In this document: positions 52,701 through 64,000 of the stretch, piece by piece
Numbering within the stretch: position 1 is the first letter of the stretch
How the letters are laid out: each line of letters starts with the position of its first letter
Assembly: GCA_000004695.1 (NCBI GenBank)
Contig: CM000151.3
Location: forward strand, 1,184,001-1,248,000
Length of the DNA stretch: 64,000 nt
Direction of reading: 5' to 3'
Source: Dictyostelium discoideum
Lineage: Eukaryota
Notes under the pieces: generated by a model
What the model saw: only the letters and a program-made list of their open reading frames with translations
Told to the model about the DNA's origin: nothing
Database searches by the model: none
Made by a program: the position numbers and the translations under genes

Positions 52701-54792
52701 TTCAAATACTGCCACTCAACAAGGTGGTGTTTTCTATACAAAAAATTTTTTATTTAATTTAAATTCAACTTTATTTAATTCAAATATTTTTTTAAATAAT
52801 ATTGCATTTTGTGGTATAAATTTTTCTTCAGGTTAGTATTATATAATTTATATAATAAATTTATATTTTTTAAGATTTACTAATAATTATTAATTATTTT
52901 TAGAATTTAATAAAGTAATATTTAAAAATAAAAATGTAATTAATGGTTTAAATTCATTAATTGAATATAACCTTTTAGATTATTATGGTAATATTTTTAC
53001 ACCATTATCAACTACTGTTAATATTAGTATAACAAGAGTATCAAATATGAAATCAATTATAATACCAAGTGTTATTATTGTTGGAGTTGGAAATTTTAAA
53101 TATCAATTTATTGGTGATTTTGGTGAAAATTATATTATTGAAACTATTAATGGTGATAATGATGATGATAATGATAATGATGATGATAAATCAAATATTT
53201 CATTTAAAGAAACAATTATGGTTTTAGGTTGTTTACAATATCAATATTTTAATGAAACCAATGATAGTTGTAATTATTGTTCAGTTGATTTCTCTTACAG
53301 TCCTTCATTAAAAAAATGTTATCAATGTGATCCTGATAAAATATCTTGTTTAACTTCATCAGTTGTTACAAATGATGGTTATTATTTAGTGAATCAAGAT
53401 GTTTCCATGGTTGAAGAATGTCCAGTTGCAATGTGTCTATCAAATAATACTTGTCTTTCAAATAATAGTTTTGGTAATTTATGTTTTAGTTGTAAAGATC
53501 AATTTGGAAATGTAATACAGTCAAAAAATGGTATAAGATGTTGTTCAAGTTTTAAACCAAATTTAATCATACCAATATTAATAATAGTTTATTTAATTTT
53601 TGGTTTATCATTATCATTATTAAAATATAATCTACTTGAAAAACCAATTGGTCAAATTATAATATTCCTTCAAATTAATTCTGTGGTATTCTTTTCATAT
53701 AGTGGTGTTTACATTTTACCATTATTCAGAATGTCAATTGACCTATTTGATGGAGTTTGCCTATTTAAAGGTTTAAATGCAAATTATAAATTTTTCATTT
53801 CACTTTTTATTATTACCTCATTATTTTTCATTGGTTCAACTGATATTACATTAAATCTATTAGAATTTACTTTAAAAAGAATTTTCAAATTTTCAAATTA
53901 TCCAAACTTTTTAAATAAAATTTTAATTGGTAAAGTTAATCAAGGTAAAATTTATAAATGGAAATCAATTTGGTCATTATATCAAATATTTATAATACCA
54001 TTATTATTTAATTCAATTTGTTTCTTAATTTCAAAAACTATAAATAATATTGATTATTTATCAATTGATTTTTCAATTAATTATAAATCAAAAATTAATC
54101 AACTTTGTATTACTCTATCAATTATAATTATTTTAATGATATCATTAATTTCTATAATTTCAATTATATCATTTTTAATTTTCAAATTTAAAACTTTAAA
54201 AAGAATTTTAAAAATTAATAATAGTAATAATAACTCAAATGATAATAATAATAATAATCAAAATTCAAATAATAGAAAATTAAAATCATATTTCATTTCA
54301 AAATTAAATTTAATATTTTTAAATTTTTATAGATTACAATTACAATTAAATTATAAAAGAAATTTTAAATATTGGGATAATTTAATATTATTAAAATCAT
54401 TATTATTAGTGATATTATCAATTTCTTTTATTTTTAATTTTAGTCATTTTATGACTTTTGTTATAACAATTCAAATCATATATACAACAATTCACTTTCT
54501 TTTTAATCCAATTAAAAAAGAACTATTACCAATAACAAATTTTAATAATTTAACAAATCTATTACAATTAATTATTTTCATCATTTCAGATTCAACATTG
54601 CTTAAATCAGTTTCATTATTTAATCAAGGAAAAATTTTAACAAGTTTATCATTTTTATTTTCTTTATTTATTTGTTTTAGTTATTATTATTATTATTACT
54701 ATTATTATTTTAAAAGAAATAATTTTTCAACAACAACAACAACATCAACAAATAATTTTGATTTTAAATCAAATCAATTAAAAAAATTATAA
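49762..54792 (+). CDS. Paralogue of the 19890..24907 gene: a secreted Pmp/beta-helix-repeat + Cys-rich + multi-TM protein (~1652 aa), 2 exons
   Basis: Exon 1 is 49762..52831 (MNKILYYLLLFIFFFVHYLNS signal; donor TCA G|GTTAGT, phase 1). Exon 2 is 52904..54792 (acceptor ttatttttag|AA TTT). The splice lies at the homologous ..SSG|E.. position of the paralogue. The conserved Cys-rich block is CNYCSVDF..CYQCDPDKISC..CPVAMC..CFSCKDQFGN..GIRCC, followed by TM helices. Repeat motifs include FISNTATQQGGVFYTKNF. Confidence 0.85.
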
Positions 54793-54869
54793 TAAAAATA
54801 AATAATTATAGTAAACCAACCTTTATATAAAGTTTTTAATTTTTTTTTTTTTTTTCTTCTTTTATTTAA

Positions 54870-59718
<4,849 letters not shown>

Positions 59719-60093
59719 TATGTTATTTTATTTTGATTTGGTTCTTTTTTTTTTTTTTTTTGTTGTTACTATTCTTTTTATACTTTTTTTTTTTTTTTTT
59801 TTTTATTTTCTCCTGTATTCTTTTTATTTTATTTTTTTTTTCTATTTATTGTTTTTTTTTTTTTTTTTTTTTATTATTTTTTAATATTACAAAAATTACA
59901 ATTGTGCGCCTTAAAATGGTGGGGTGTGATTATTATTTACATAGAAAATGATTTTAATATATATTTATATTATAATATGTGTGTGATGTATAAAATTATT
60001 ATAGGTATCACTATTTTAATAGTGATGAAGTGGTGTGATTATGTACAAAAAGGATAGTGCTACTGTTAATAAATGAATATATCAAAATTTTTC

Positions 60094-60140
<47 letters not shown>

Positions 60141-61270
60141 AAAAAAAAAAAAAAACAAAATTTTTTAAAAAAAAAAAAAAAAAAAAAAAAGGCTAAAATT
60201 AGCTTTTTTTATTTATATGGGATTGTTTTTAAATTTTAAATACAAATAAATAATTAAATTAATTAAATTAATAAATAAATAAATAAATAATTAAATAAAT
60301 AGATTTTTAAAGGTTCTTTCTAAGGGAAAAAAAAAAAATAAAAAAAAATAAAAAAAATAAATCTGGATTTATTTTTATTAAAATTTATATATATGTTACA
60401 ATTATTTTTTTTTTTTTTTTTTTTCAATCAAAAAAAAAAAAAAATAACCAAAAAAAAAAAAATAGAAATAAAAAAAAAAAAACAAAAATAAAAAAAAACA
60501 AATTACCACAAAATTAAAAAAAAAAAAAAAAATTAAATAATTGAAAAAAAAAAAAAAAATATATATATTTAAATAAATAAATAAATAAAACTTTAATTCG
60601 AGTCTAATGATTAAAATTACTCACACCCACACATAAAACGTAAACCCCCAAAAAAAACCCAATATATTTATATTTATTTATTTATTTAAATTGTCTCCTT
60701 TGTTATTGCAATAATAATAATAATAATATTAATAATAATAATAATAATAATAAGTTATTAGATCTATCATATAAAATAAAAATTGTTTTAAATTTAGTTT
60801 ATAATAAATTATTTTCCTTTTTTTTTTTTTTTTTTTTTCATTTTTATTTTTTTTTCATTCTGTTTATTAATTTGTTTGATAAATATTGTTATTATAAAAG
60901 TAAAGTATGATTTTATAAATCATGATTTATAAAATTTTCTTTTTATGGTTAAAAAAAATATTTATTATTATGTTTTTTTTTTTTTTTTTTTTAAGATAAA
61001 AATAAAAAAATGAAAAATTAAAAAAATGAAAAAAATAAAAATAAAAATATCAAAGATTAACTTAGATTACCAAAAAAAAAATAAAAAAAAAAATAAAAAA
61101 AAATAAATTATTTTGGCGCGCGGCGTTTTATCCGAATGACTTGGAATAGTTGGAAAACCTAATTTTTACACAAAGATTCTTGTGTATACGATTTTTTTTT
61201 TTTTTTAAATTTCTTTGAATGACTTCTTAGTGATTTGAAAAAAAAAAACGGCTCAATTTTTAAAAACACA

Positions 61271-61306
<36 letters not shown>

Positions 61307-61424
61307 TATTATTCTTTACTTAACCTTATTTTTAAATTAATTTTTTTAAATCCATTTAATTTTTAATTTTTTTTTTTTGGGAATTTTGGAAAAAAATTTT
61401 TTTGAAATTAAAATAGGATTTTTG

Positions 61425-61467
<43 letters not shown>

Positions 61468-61701
61468 TAAAAATAATTTTTGTATCATTCCCATTTGCCG
61501 CAAAAAAAAGAAAAAAAAAATTTATTTAATTTAAAAATATTAAAAAAAAAAAATAATTTAATAAGATAGAAGCCTTATTATCTCACCCTCGAAAAAAAAC
61601 AAAACAAAAAAACAAATTTTCTAAAAACTTACATACATTCATTCATTCATACATATAGATAGATAGATAGATAGATAGACACAGATATATGCAACATTAA
61701 G

Positions 61702-64000
<2,299 letters not shown>

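Overview
This window is very AT-rich eukaryotic nuclear DNA (roughly 75-80% A+T) and looks like Dictyostelium discoideum. The marks are long in-frame (AAT)n and (CAA)n tracts that encode poly-Asn and poly-Gln, short AT-rich introns of 70-120 nt with GTAAGT/GTATGT/GTAAAT donors and ttt(t)ag acceptors, poly-A/T intergenic runs, and the Dictyostelium-specific FNIP repeats. It is not prokaryotic: there are no operons and no CRISPR arrays. I could not find a clear tRNA or rRNA.

I reconstructed about 19 protein-coding genes by joining ORF-track pieces across introns I read by eye. They are:
- a partial B-box zinc-finger gene at the left edge;
- a 4-exon sedolisin / tripeptidyl-peptidase-1 (peptidase S53) gene;
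- a 3-exon secreted GuaD/TadA-type zinc deaminase;
- a zf-Di19 + Nudix hydrolase;
- a small secreted protein;
- a poly-Q/N acidic low-complexity protein;
- two paralogous ~1650-aa secreted proteins, each with Pmp/beta-helix-like repeats, a Cys-rich region and a multi-TM C-terminus, and each with one conserved phase-1 intron;
- a RING/TRAF-zinc-finger/MATH (TRAF-like) gene;
- a B-box + FNIP gene;
- a small secreted Cys-rich protein;
- a multi-pass membrane protein;
- an Asn/Ser-rich protein;
- eIF3 subunit L and eIF3 subunit A, arranged head-to-head;
- a ~1890-aa FNIP/LRR protein with kinase-like motifs;
- a Kelch + RhoGAP gene whose first intron is mostly an (ATT)n microsatellite;
- a partial N/Q/S-rich gene that runs off the right edge.

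The 10.8-17 kb region is a gene-poor stretch of pseudogene fragments (kinase, Dicty_CTDC repeat, 2OG-oxygenase), a ~560-bp duplicated element, tandem repeats and a strong hairpin. A MITE-like element with nested terminal inverted repeats sits near 29.3-29.8 kb.

All calls rest on reading the sequence and on remembered protein families. No database search was run.
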